Assembly (NCBI RefSeq): GCF_006345805.1
Contig: NC_043014.1
Location: 40,796,001-40,860,000, forward strand
Direction: 5' to 3'
DNA length: 64,000 nt
DNA from: Octopus sinensis
Lineage: Eukaryota
The position numbers and the translations under genes were made by a program. The notes below the pieces were generated by a model. It was not told the DNA's origin, ran no database searches, and was given only the letters and a program-made list of their open reading frames with translations. Shown in pieces: positions 1 to 13,441 of this stretch (its first letter is position 1; the number at the start of each line of letters is the position of its first letter).

Positions 1-353
1 TACATATATATATACATACATACATCATACATATATACATACATACATATATATATATATATTATATATATACACACATATATATACATATATACATATA
101 TATATACATATACATACACATATATATATATATACACATATATATATACATATTTATATACATACATATACATACACATACATATACATACACATACATA
201 TACATACACATACATACATATACATATACATACACATACATATATATATACATATATAAACATATATATATATACATACATATATACATATATATACATA
301 TATATATATACATACATATATATATACATATATATACATATATATATACATAC

Positions 354-386
<33 letters not shown>

Positions 387-392
387 CATACA

Positions 393-430
<38 letters not shown>

Positions 431-651
431 CATTAATTTACTCTGCTATGTATTGAGTACCTTATACTGTGGTTAACCCCGACTCAACCCGGGACCTACA
501 TATATACATACATATATATACATATATATAATATATTATATATACATAATATATCATATATACTGATATATATATATATACATACATAATATATATATAT
601 ACATATATATATATAATACATATATATATATACATACATATATATACATAT

Positions 652-683
<32 letters not shown>

Positions 684-991
684 CATATATATATATACAT
701 TATAATAATATAGTACAATATATATATATACGTATATATATACATATATATATACATATTATAATATACATATTATATAACATATATACATATATATACA
801 TATATATATACATATTATATACATATATATACATATATATATACATATATATATACATATATATAGATATACATATATATAGATATACATATATATAGAT
901 ATACATAAATATACATATACATATATATATATATATTATATACACATATATAATAACACATATATATATACATATACACCTATATATATAC

Positions 992-1025
<34 letters not shown>

Positions 1026-1132
1026 CTATATATATAACATATATACATATATATATATACATATATACATATATACTATATATATATACACCATATATAT
1101 ATACATATTATATATAACATATATATATATAC

Positions 1133-1179
<47 letters not shown>

Positions 1180-1335
1180 CATATAACATATATATATACA
1201 TATATATATATATACCATATATATATACATACATATATATAATACATATATATATATACATATATAATACATATATATATATATACATATATATATATAC
1301 ATATATATTTATATACACAAACATATATATATTAT
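1..1335. repeat. (TA)n/(TACA)n microsatellite array
   Basis: Direct inspection. Confidence 0.98.
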
Positions 1336-1704
1336 ATAACTTGGTTTAAGAAGAGACAGAAATTTAGATAAATTTAGATAAATCATTCTATAGTTATGCT
1401 TTACATCAACATAATAAATACATGTAACACAAAATTCTAGCAGAACAAAGAACATATCTATAAGCTATTTAGAGTAGAATTAAGAATTACATATAGTAAA
1501 AATATACAGGATTAGGATAAATAAATAAAGGGTGATATATCGATTAAAAATCATATTACATTTAAGACTACAAATGTTGAATAAAGATTAAAAGTTGTAA
1601 GATATATTGCCGGTAATGAGAAATCCTAGTGATGGGTGTAAAGTTTTAGAAGAGTTCCAAAGAAATGTTTATTGAGGGTTATAACATCATATATGAAGCA
1701 ATTT

Positions 1705-1790
1705 GATGGCCGTTTCTGGAGTCTATATGTCAACAAGGTATGAATCCTTTAATTTCACACTGACAATGTCTCCTTCATCAGGAGTAAGTA
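1705..1790 (-). ncRNA. Hammerhead-like motif with extended stem II, no 3' stem I strand
   Basis: ctc CTGATGA a ggag..tgtcag...ttgaca..ctcc a GAAA cggcc ATC. The sequence after ATC does not pair with the 5' strand. Confidence 0.35.
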
Positions 1791-2430
1791 AATAGATAAT
1801 TAAGTTTGTAGAAATGTAAAAGAGAAAAGAAAATTTTAGGTTACATCATGTTAGTTGTCGGCTACACTATCAAATACCAATCATTTATGTGATGATTCAT
1901 ACTTATATATGAAAAGAAATTTCTAGTGTCGGGTGATGAGAGAATTAAAAAAAAAATCGAATAGAGAGGAATCTGTTTTGGGGCTTGAAAATGCATCTGA
2001 ATCTCAAAATGAGTAGTTGTTTTTAAATTTAATAAGATGTATTGAAATACCAAATGCACTTGAAAATTTTTTCTTTATTGACAATTGAAAATAAAAAGTA
2101 AATATCAGAAAGGATTTAGGAGTGTTTAAAGTCAAAAGGGAAAAATTAGAAAAAATTGTTTAAATGAAGTGGTGTTCATAGGATTGTATATACACATTTT
2201 TCTTAATTTACCCATATAACTTTAAATTCTCATAAAGACTTTTTATTTTGTACAAGTGATAAAAAAAATTGTCGAAACCGGTCTGGTATTTGAATAAATC
2301 TAATAAAATTTTAAAACGACATGCTTTGAGATTTTTCAAACTCCAAAACAGATTCTCCTATATCTGTCTGTCTGTCTGTTTATCTATCTATCTATATATA
2401 TACTTTATTTAAAAGCAGCAGAAATTCAAC

Positions 2431-2477
2431 AAAACCTGTTACTCGGAGTTTCCCGCTCCCGTTCGTCGGACAGTTTT
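2431..2477 (-). ncRNA. Minimal hammerhead-like motif (core CCGACGA), tandem copy 1
   Basis: aaaa ctgt CCGACGA acg ggag cgg GAAA ctccga GTA acag g tttt. Confidence 0.5.
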
Positions 2478-2508
2478 GTAAAAATTTTTAAAGCAGCAGA
2501 AATTCAAC

Positions 2509-2555
2509 AAAACCTGTTACTCGGAGTTTCATGTTCCCGTTCGTCGGACAGTTTT
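2509..2555 (-). ncRNA. Minimal hammerhead-like motif (core CCGACGA), tandem copy 2
   Basis: aaaa ctgt CCGACGA acg ggaa cat GAAA ctccga GTA acag g tttt; 78-bp period with copy 1. Confidence 0.5.
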
Positions 2556-3627
2556 GTTAAAATTTTAATTTAATTGAATTTCTGCTGCTTTTAAATAAAG
2601 CATATTACTCTTCCCCTGGTATTTGAGTACTCTTTTTTTCTACCTTGTTTCACATTTATGTGTTTACTCCGGTGTATCTATATATCTATATATATACACA
2701 CACAACAGACTCTCATGTCGATGACGATGTATGAATATTCAGCTTTTGTCAAACAAACTGCACAAATGAATTGTTTATTGTGATTGAATGTATGTGCTGT
2801 TCACGAACTCACCTCTTCTATCAAATTGACATGGCCTTAACAGGTGCACAGCATACCATGCATCAGATTTAAAAGTGATCACAGAGGAACGTGAGAGAGT
2901 GTGTTTTGCAGAAGAACAAAATTCACCACCAAAGTCTAAGAACGGAAACCATGATCTCTTCTATCTCTTCTCTATCTCTCTCCCTCTCTTGTCCTCCATC
3001 TTTTCTGGTTTTCTCTCCCACCCTTCCCTATTCCTTTCCTCTCCTCTTCACTGTTCCTCTTCCTCCTTGACTCTCTAGTCGCTGACACGTGACGAAAAGG
3101 AATCTATCTTTCTGCCCATTTCCTTCCTAAAGACTAGATGTGCTTATGCCTGTCTCCTCTCATAGCTCGTCCTCCTAACATTCATAATAATTTTTCTATC
3201 ATCTTGGCTTAGCAGCCCTCACCATTTATTTTTATTGTCTTGTTCTCACTCTCCTGTTCTTGTTACCACTCTCACCCTCTGCAAAAAATCCCAAATTTGA
3301 TTTAATTTGCTTTGTGGGAAGGATTGTTTCAATGAAGTCGTGTCTTGTCCTTACCTTCGTAACGCAGAGTAGATGAAACAGGGAACAACTGATGAAGGAG
3401 AAAATCCTTTTTGTTGCATGTCTCATTTCTCTGTTTGTCTTTTTCATTGTTCGAAAAAAGTTCGTTCTCTATGTTTTTGTTTTTATGTTTTCGTTTCTCA
3501 TGGTGTTCAACGTTTTTTGATGTCCTGTAACCATGTACGCACGTATATATACATATATATTTGTAGGTATGTACATATATGTATGTATATATGCATATAT
3601 TTCTATACTATTTATAGTATTATATAT

Positions 3628-3661
<34 letters not shown>

Positions 3662-3724
3662 TATAAATGAATATTTAATGTGTATTATGAATACATATAT
3701 ATGTATATTATATATATATATATA

Positions 3725-4615
3725 TATATTATCTTCCTCATCCGTTTAACATCCATTTCCATGCTGGCATGGGTTGGACTATTCGACTGGGGTCTGGGAA
3801 GCCAGGAGGCTGCACCAATCCACAATCTGATTTGGCAGGACTTCTACAGCTGGATGCTCTTCTTGACGCCAACCACTCTGAGAGTGTAGTGGGTGCTTTT
3901 TACGTGCCACCAGCACAAGGGGCCAGAGGATTGGATGATGCTTAAATATATATTATATATATTATGGGCAAGTGTTTCTACTATAGTCTCAGGCCAACCA
4001 AAGCCTTGTGAGTGGATTTGGTAGACAGAAACTGAAAGAAGTCCATCGTATATATATGTATCATCATCATCATCATGTCTCCAGTCTTATCTGGCAATGT
4101 TTCTACAGCTGGATGCCCTTCCTAACGCCAACCACTCCGTGAGTGTAGTGGGTGCTTTTTACGTGCCACCTGCACAGGTGCCAGGCGAGGCTGGCAATGG
4201 CCACGGTTGGATTTGTGCATTTTACATGCCACCGGCACGGAAGCCAGTCGAGGCAGCGCTGGCATTGGCCATGAGTCGGATAGTGCTTTTTACGTACCAC
4301 CAGTCCAGGGGTCCTGGCTGGTTCAATTCGATTTCGATTTCGATTTCACTTGCCCCAACAAGCAAAGGGGGTTGGCATGGGTGCCTGTCGTCGGATGAGG
4401 TTCTATATCGTCTTCGCTTGCCTCAACAGGTCTTTGTGTCCAAGGGAGGAAAGGCAGCATAAGTGGGCTGGGGCTCATTGTCCTGCTTGGTCTTCTCAAG
4501 TACAGCATTTCCAAAGGTCTCGGTCGCTAGTCATTCCTCAGTGAGGCCTAAAGTTCGAAGGTCGTGCTTCACCACCTCTCGTCCCAGGTTTTCCTGGGTC
4601 TAACCTCTTCCACGG
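3725..4615 (-). mobile_element. Two 5'-truncated copies of the RTE 3' end repeat, separated by a SINE fragment
   Basis: Share the 3' end sequence of 10490-11170 (tttccatgctggcatgggttggac..., ggatgcccttcctaacgccaaccactc). Confidence 0.8.
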
Positions 4616-5042
4616 GTTCCCTCAACTGCTAGGGATTGGCACTTTCTCACACACCTATTTTCATATGTATATATATATATATATATATGCATGTGTGTGT
4701 ATATGTTTGTGTGTCTGTGTTTGTCCCCCCAACATTGCTTGACAACTGATGCTGTTGTGTTTACATCCCTGTAACTTAGCGGTTCAGCAAAAGAGACCAA
4801 TAGAATAAGCACTAGGCTTACAAAGAATAAGGCAGCGATTTGTTCGACTAAAGGCGGTGATCCAGCATGGCCACAGTCAAATAACAGAAACAAGTCAAAG
4901 AGAGAAAAGAGTGTATATATAACTATATATATATATATAAAGTTAATCCAAACATGAAAACACAAAGAGAAAACACAACAACGCAAGGATGTTGAACAAG
5001 TATAGTATTATTGGACGCTCAGGAAAGAAGAAAAGAAGGAGG

Positions 5043-5077
5043 ATTTAACGTTTCGAGTGGAGCTCTTTGTCAGAAAC
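5043..5077 (-). ncRNA. Decayed minimal hammerhead motif
   Basis: gttt CTGACAA a gagc tcc actc GAAA cg TT aaat; G8A change and a stem II mismatch. Confidence 0.4.
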
Positions 5078-5229
5078 ATAGGAAAAGGAAAGATCCAAAG
5101 AAGGGAAGACGGAGGAAAAAATCACCAATGGTACATACGCAGTCATAACAAAGTAAAGTTGTAAGATACCGCACGAGTGGAAATATAAATGAAAGAAGGT
5201 TTGAAAATGCAATTTTAAAGATGTTTATT

Positions 5230-5273
5230 CACTTGACCGGTTTCACTTTTTTAGAAAAAGATTGTCAAAAGTA
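5230..5273 (-). ncRNA. Hammerhead-like motif with U3-A8 core
   Basis: tactt TTGACAA t cttttt cta aaaaag t GAAA ccg GTC aagtg; palindromic ACCGGU stem III. Confidence 0.45.
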
Positions 5274-5479
5274 AAATGTAAAGCTTTGTATGAGCTTTGT
5301 TGTGTTAAGTACGGGCGGTCACAAAAGTATTAAAATACATATATACATTATTTGGTAATAATAAGAAAATGTTAAAAACAGTTTACAAGAAAGTATTTAA
5401 GAAAATATTCAACAAAAAGTATTAGGAGTTCAATAAAAATCATGTTGTTTCGTAGTATCTATATACCTACAGGGAAAAA

Positions 5480-5995
5480 GTAGAGCAAAACTATTACGGA
5501 AGCTTGCAAAAAGATCTATTCAACTTGCATCACTGTGCCACATCCCACTGATCTCAAACTGGGAGCAATTCTGGCAGGCCCAAACTGTGAAACACATAGA
5601 TTAAGCAACATTATCGATATCATCTTAAAACCAATATTTAAACAGATACCAAGTATTGTAAGAGATGTCCTGAACCTATTAAATCATCTCCTCAAACATA
5701 TCAATAAAGAAATTTTAATTGTCTCCTTTGATGTAATAAACCTTTATACTACAATCCCACACAAATATGGCCTGGAAGTCATTAAATTCTGTCTAGAAAA
5801 ATACTCCAATGAGGTCTGGAAAGAATAAAAAAAGAATTCGGCACCGAGGATATTAAGATTATTCTCCAAGACAACTTTTTGAATTTTAATAATAATACTT
5901 AGAGACAGTTACCAGGGACTGCAATGGGTACTAAAGATGCCCCTACTTATGCCAACATGGTGATGGCCTACCTAGAATTACAACTTATGAAAAAT
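5480..5995 (+). mobile_element. Penelope-like reverse transcriptase remnant (different family)
   Basis: DLKLGAILAGPNCETHRLSNIIDIILKP, VSFDVINLYTTIPH..GLE, ILQDNF..FNNN, GTAMGTKDAPTYANMVMAYLE. Stops present; truncated by the (TA)n array. Confidence 0.85.
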
Positions 5996-6009
5996 CCAAA
6001 TATAAGTAC

Positions 6010-6338
6010 ATAGGTATATATTATATATATATAATTATTATATATATATATATATATACATATATATTATATATATATATATGCAATATATATATATATG
6101 CATATATATATATTATATATATTATACTATAATATATATATATATGCATATATATATATATATACCTATATATAATATATTATACATATATATATATATA
6201 CCTATATAAGTATATAGGCATATATATATATATATATATATATATACGAAGATATATATATTCCTATACATTACATACATATAATACCTATATATATATA
6301 TACCTAGGTAATATATATATATTATATATATATATATA

Positions 6339-6379
<41 letters not shown>

Positions 6380-6539
6380 ACAATACATATATATATATAT
6401 ATATACCTATATACTATATATAATATATTATATATATTATATATATATACCTATATACATATATATATAATACTATACATATATGTATATATACATACCT
6501 ATATACATATATGTATATATACATACCGATATATATACC

Positions 6540-6577
<38 letters not shown>

Positions 6578-6878
6578 TGTATACTTATATATATATATAT
6601 AATACCTATATAACTATATATATACTATATAATATACCTATATACATATATGTATACTTATATATATATACACACATGTATATAATATATATACAGATAC
6701 ATGTATATATATAATACATGTATACATAATATATATTATACATGTATATATATATATATAATATATATGTATATACATGTATATATATAATATATATATA
6801 TCTAATAGTATATATATAGTATATAATATATATATACACATGTATATATATATATGTATACAGTATATATATATATGT

Positions 6879-6934
<56 letters not shown>

Positions 6935-6995
6935 ATATATATATATACATACACCTATTTTAATATATACACCTTATAAGACATATAATATATAC
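6010..6995. repeat. (TA)n-rich microsatellite array
   Basis: Direct inspection. Confidence 0.97.
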
Positions 6996-8049
6996 TTACA
7001 TATGTGGAAAATCGGTGTGTATTTGTTTGTGGCGTTGTTAGCTAACTCCTCCTATATCGTTTTATTGATTTTAATAATATTTGACACCTGCATAGAATTC
7101 ATGTCTAGAAACATTTTGACATACTTAGATTGTTGAAATAATTGATAATACAACCCCTGAAAGGGACTTTATATCTACGTCATGTAACTAATTTGGCTTT
7201 GAAACACCCAACGGAAATAACCCATATCACCTGTACAATATCTTTTTTTTAAACACTCAAGGGAAATAACCCATTTCATTGTTTCTTTATGCTCGATTAC
7301 TTTGTATATTGATTTTCTGTGTGTCCTATTTCTAATTTCTGCAGACAATATGACTTTTATACTTTATTTGACACATGAGTAGAACTCATGTCTGGAGACT
7401 TCATGACATACATAGATTGTCAGAAAAATCGATAATAGGGACCTTCCAATGGATCCTTCTATCTACTACATATTACTAATATTCTAGTTAAACATCCCAA
7501 GGGAAATAATCCATACTACCTGCAGATTTTAGCTAAGCGATCAATATTTGATTCTCACAATCAGCCGACCTAATTCTGCATTTCACTACTCACAGTTTTG
7601 AACTCCGAAACATTATTATTGCACTTCCTTCATTAAAATCTTAAACATTACCAACATTATTCATACATTTCTATATATACATACTTTTTTGAATGCCCAT
7701 TACTCTGATAATTCGGCACTTTTAGCATAGCATGGATTCGATCCTCAATTGCCAAATTTCACTTAACACTTCAACGGCGCTTATCTCAGGATAAAACAAT
7801 AGTTCTCTTGTAAATGACAGCAGCTATACATTTCCCAGATGCCTTTGCCTCTCGCCAAACTCCGATAACCTCTCTTGCCAACCTACAACAATCTCCCCCA
7901 CTTCCAGCTGACAGGATTTTGTACTTTTTTGTGACGGAAAATACATGTTTTAGGCAGTGGTAAAGAAATTGCTTTCTTATTTCAGAGTAATAAAGCATTT
8001 CAATAAAGCATCTTTACCTGCAGGAATTATTGATAGATCAGCTAGTAAA

Positions 8050-8363
8050 TATATATATATATATGTATGTATACACAGGTATGTCTATATATATATATGT
8101 ATTTATAAATATAAATATTTATATATATAAATATTTATAAATATATATATATATATATGTTATGTATACACAGGTATGTATATATATATATGTATTTATA
8201 AATATAAATATTTTTATATACAGGGTATTTATATATTTAAATATTTATTTTATAAATACATATATATATACAGTATATATATATATCTATATATATACCA
8301 CACAATGTATATAGACACATACATATATATATAACATACACCTACTATTATTATATATCCATA

Positions 8364-8407
<44 letters not shown>

Positions 8408-8710
8408 TACATACATACATATACATATATATATATATACATATATAAACATATATATATGTACACATATACATAATATAGGTTATATATATATATGCAT
8501 ATATATAATACATACAATATATATAAACAAATGGAGTTAAAATGGTGTTATTCAAATTCTTTTACTTCTGACACATGTTTCAAAGATATCACTAGTATTA
8601 TTCCTTTGGAATAATACCAGTGATATAACAAGGGAAAAATACACACATCTATTTATATATATATATACATACATACATATATATATACATAAATACATAC
8701 ATATACATAC

Positions 8711-8759
<49 letters not shown>

Positions 8760-8829
8760 AATATATACATACATACATACATATATATATATATATGTAC
8801 ATACATACATACATATATATATATATATG

Positions 8830-8860
<31 letters not shown>

Positions 8861-8869
8861 GTACATACA

Positions 8870-8905
<36 letters not shown>

Positions 8906-8913
8906 TATGTACA

Positions 8914-8949
<36 letters not shown>

Positions 8950-9225
8950 TATGTACATACATACATACATACACACACACACATATATATATATATGTAC
9001 ATACATACATACATATATACATACATACATACATACACATATATATATATATATATGTACATACATGCATACATACATACATACACACACACATATATAT
9101 ATATATATGTACATACATACATACATACATACATACACACACATATATATATATATGTACATACATACATACATACATACATACATACATACATACAACA
9201 CTATATATAATATATATATATGTAC

Positions 9226-9268
<43 letters not shown>

Positions 9269-9296
9269 TACATACATACATATATATATATATATG

Positions 9297-9331
<35 letters not shown>

Positions 9332-9364
9332 GTACATACATACATACATACATATATATATATG

Positions 9365-9396
<32 letters not shown>

Positions 9397-9468
9397 TATA
9401 TGTACATACTACATACATATATATATATATGTACATACAATATATACATACATACATACATATATATG

Positions 9469-9503
<35 letters not shown>

Positions 9504-9546
9504 TATATATATGTACATACATACATACATATATAATATATTATAT

Positions 9547-9589
<43 letters not shown>

Positions 9590-9715
9590 TACATACATAC
9601 ATACATATATATATAATTTACATACATACATACATATATATATATATATCTACATACATACATACATATATATATATATGTACATACATACATACATATA
9701 TATATATATATTATG

Positions 9716-9748
<33 letters not shown>

Positions 9749-10245
9749 GTACATACATACATACATACTATAATATATATATATACATATGTACATACAT
9801 ACATACATATATATATGTACATATACTTTTATACTTTGATAGGTTTCGGCTATTATTGGCCCAGGCCATGTCTAACTTAATAGCACCACCTGGTGAAGTC
9901 TTTCAAGTCAGAATTTGGGCACTATGGCCATACATACATACATACATATATATATATATGTACATACATACATACATATATATATATATATGTACATACA
10001 TACATACATATATATATATATGTACATACATACATACATATATATATATATATATGTACATACATACATACATATATATATATATATATGTACATACATA
10101 CATACATATATATATATATATATGTACATACATACATACATATATATATATATATGTACATACATACATATATATATATATATATGTACATACATACATA
10201 CATATATATATATAATATATATATTAAATGTATAAAAAATATATA
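8050..10245. repeat. Compound (TA)n/(TACA)n array with short unique islands at 8530-8650 and 9830-9930
   Basis: Direct inspection. Confidence 0.97.
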
Positions 10246-10407
10246 TGAAAATACAAAATGGGACAAGAACGCAAAACACTTAAAGAGACGACACAAAAAG
10301 GGACGGGTCATTTGAAGCCTCTAATCTTCAGTCAAGAACTGGATCATCCTCGCAATTTCGGCTGAATACATTATATGTATATAATACAGACATACATATA
10401 TATATAT

Positions 10408-10439
<32 letters not shown>

Positions 10440-10479
10440 ATATATATATATCTATATATATATATATATACATACATAT

Positions 10480-11700
10480 ATCATCATCATTATTTAACGT
10501 CCGCTTTCCATGCTGGCATGGGTTGGACGGTTTCAATTGGGGTCTGGGAAGCCAGAAGCTGCACCAGGCCTGTCTGATCTGGCAGTGTTTCTGACAGCTG
10601 GATGCCCTTCCAAAAACGCCAACCACTCTGTGAGTGTAGTGGGTGCTTTTACGTGCCAGACGAGCTGGCAAACAGCCACGATCGGATGGTGCTTTTTATG
10701 TGTCACCAGCACGGGACCAACAAAACTGGCAACGGCCACGATTGGATGGTGCTTTTTACATGCCACGGCACGGAGGCCAGTTGGTGGGCGCTGGCTACGG
10801 CCATGTTCGGATGGTTCTCTTATGTGCCACCGGCACTGGTATCGCCAGCTACAATTCCATCGATGTTGATAGATGACAATTTGATTTTCACTTGCCTCAA
10901 CAGTCTTCACGTGGAGTTTGTGTCCCAAGAAGGAAAGGAATGCATAAAGTTGGCTGGCTACATCCCAGGTGTAGGCCACGGGATTATGGCCTCACTTGTC
11001 CTGCCGGGTCTTCTCACGCACAGCATACTTCCATAGGTCTTGGTCTCATAGTCATTTCCTCGGTGAGACCTAAATTTCAGGGTCATGCTTCACCACCTCG
11101 TCCAGGTTTCCTGGGTCTACCTCTTCCCACAGGTTTCCCTCAACTGCTAGTGTGTGGCACTTTTTCACAGACTATCTTCATCCATTCTCGCCACATGACC
11201 ATACCAGCGCAAACGTCTCTCTTGCACACCACAACTGATGCTTCTTAGGTCCAACTTTTCTCAAATTACTTACATCTGTCGAGTATGAACACTGACATTA
11301 CAACATCCATCAGAGCATACTGGCTTCATTTCTTGCAGGCTTACGCATGTCCTCAGCAGTCAACGGCCCATGTTTCACCTGCCATGTAGCATGGCTGTTC
11401 GTACACATGCATCATACAATCTGTCTTTTACTCTGAGCGAGAGGTCTTTTGTCACCACAGAGGTAAGAGCGCTCTGAACTTGCCCAGGCTATTCTTACTC
11501 TAGCAGTTTACACTTCACACTTTCATCAGCGCTCCCGCCTCCGGTGCTGACTTGGTCAACTAGGTAACGGAGCTATCAACTATCTCTAGTTTTTCTCCCT
11601 GGAATGTGGCAGAAGATGGTCTCTGCGTATTTTCAGTGTTTATTACTCCGGGCATCTGCCACATACAAAAACTATTTTCCAATTAGCCTTCCTTTGACAT
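10480..11700 (-). mobile_element. RTE-clade LINE 3' fragment with (GAT)n tail
   Basis: Minus translation: SLRVKDRLYDACVRTAM, RNEASML, VQERRLRWYGHVARMDEDS, GRGRPRK. Followed by a 3' UTR and a CATCAT tail; runs into the N gap. Confidence 0.85.
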
Positions 11701-11800
11701 NNNNNNNNNNNNNNNNNNNNNNNNNNNNNNNNNNNNNNNNNNNNNNNNNNNNNNNNNNNNNNNNNNNNNNNNNNNNNNNNNNNNNNNNNNNNNNNNNNNN
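11701..11800. other. Assembly gap (100 N)
   Basis: Run of N; true length unknown. Confidence 1.
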
Positions 11801-11949
11801 TATATATATGTGTACATATATAGGTATATATATATATTGTTTTATTCTTTTACTTGTTTCAGTCATGTGACTGCGACCATGGTGGAGCACCATCATTTAG
11901 TGTTGCTTCACAATTCCCCTTCACTAATTCTTTTAGAAATTGACATTTG

Positions 11950-12440
11950 GTGCATGAGGGAGTTTGATGCCGCTGCTCCCATCTGCACATGAGGGAGTTT
12001 GATGCCGCTGCTCCCATCTGCACTTTCTGCAATGGGTTCATCTGGGACATTTGACAGTAAGAGGACCAATTTCATTTTGAAATCACCTACATCTACCCCA
12101 TGCAGGTTTCTCAGTTCCTTGATGAGGATATTGAAGAGCTGTGGTCCCCTGAAGCCCAGGCTGTTGCAGCATCTTGTCCTATATCTTGATGGCAAATTTG
12201 GAGTCCTTGACAATATGCAGTGGCGCCCTGTTTTAGTATATGCGTAACTCTCGATGCCAAAGTTTGGGAAGAGTCCCACCATGATCTTCCAGATGTATAT
12301 TATGGCATATCTTTCTTGCTTACGCTCTAATGAACAGTCTTAATCTCTTGAGACTTTCCCAGTAACTTATAGAGCTGCATAGAGCCTATCTTCTTCGTGT
12401 ACCTTTGTTGGATTGCTTCAAGTTCTGCAATTAATTTACC
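11950..12440 (-). mobile_element. CR1/L2-group LINE C-terminal remnant
   Basis: GLFPNFGI, TGRHC, CNSLGFRGPQLFN, VPDEP, AAASNSL.HQ. Confidence 0.8.
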
Positions 12441-12664
12441 TAAGTTACCTAAATAAATGAAGCTAGTTAACTGTTGAATATTTGAGTAAGATATTCTGGT
12501 TTGTATTGGCATTGGAATAAGATTTGGATGTATTATGCTTTAGCAAATCTATGTGTGTGTATACACAGATGCGCACACACACACACACATTTACATATAT
12601 ACATATACACACACACACACATTTACATATATACACATATACACACACATATATAAATATCTGT

Positions 12665-12807
12665 CAGAGAGAAGTGAAAGAAAACTTAAGACAGAGAGAG
12701 AGAGTGAGACAGACAGAGAGGTGAGAGAGGGAGGGGTGAGAGAGGGGTGAGAAAGAGGTGAGAGAGAGAAGGAGAGAAGGAGAGAGAGAGGGGAGAGAGA
12801 GAAGTAG

Positions 12808-12839
<32 letters not shown>

Positions 12840-12980
12840 TAGAAAGATAGATCGGAAGAGAGAAGACAGAAGAGAGATAGAGGTATAGAGTGAAGCAGGG
12901 GTGCACAATAAACACATGATGCTGGTAGAAAAGCTTCCAAAACAAAGAACTCTGTTGACAGATAAAGAGGGAGAGAGGAA
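12665..12980. repeat. (GA)n purine-rich tract
   Basis: Direct inspection. Confidence 0.9.
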
Positions 12981-13229
12981 AATCAATTTGTGATTGAACT
13001 TAAAACATAGCAGCAGCTATTACAAAAAGCAATAATAATAATAATATTAATAATAGTAATAGTAATAATAGTAAGGAAAACCCAAGCTACATGCAAAAGA
13101 TAGACATTCAAAGTAAGTTACCTAAATAAATGAAGCTAGTTAACTGTTGAATATTTTAATAAGATACTCTGGTTTGTGTGGGCATTGGAATAAGATTCAC
13201 ATGAATAATGGTTTAGCAAAATATTCCCC

Positions 13230-13258
13230 TATGTGTGTGCGTGTATACACAGACACAT

Positions 13259-13289
<31 letters not shown>

Positions 13290-13406
13290 CACATACACAC
13301 ACATATATATATATATACACACACACACATATATATATATACACACACACATATATATATATATACAACACATACATATATATACATATATACACATATA
13401 TATACA

Positions 13407-13441
<35 letters not shown>

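Larger units (their letters stand above)
2403..2660. mobile_element. Small element with ~26-bp inverted ends and an internal 78-bp tandem duplication (PLE-terminus-like)
   Basis: ctttatttaaaagcagcagaaattcaa / ttgaatttctgctgcttttaaataaag; related copy at 38000-38175. Confidence 0.6.

Noticed and set aside
2251-2288. GAAACCGGTC-tggta hammerhead 3' half
   Set aside because: Core GTGATAA has a 3-8 mismatch and the 5' strand of stem II is missing; at best a decayed relic.
3384-3415. aacaa-CTGATGA-a-gga/tcc...ttgtt hammerhead candidate
   Set aside because: GAAA and stem III are absent.
7560-8030. Minus-strand frame that reads protein-like if TAA/TAG were sense (alternative genetic code idea)
   Set aside because: About 8 stops in ~170 codons is close to random expectation for this AT content, and no homologue was recognised.
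9838-9880. ggc/gcc-GAAACCTATC motif on the minus strand
   Set aside because: No recognisable core upstream.
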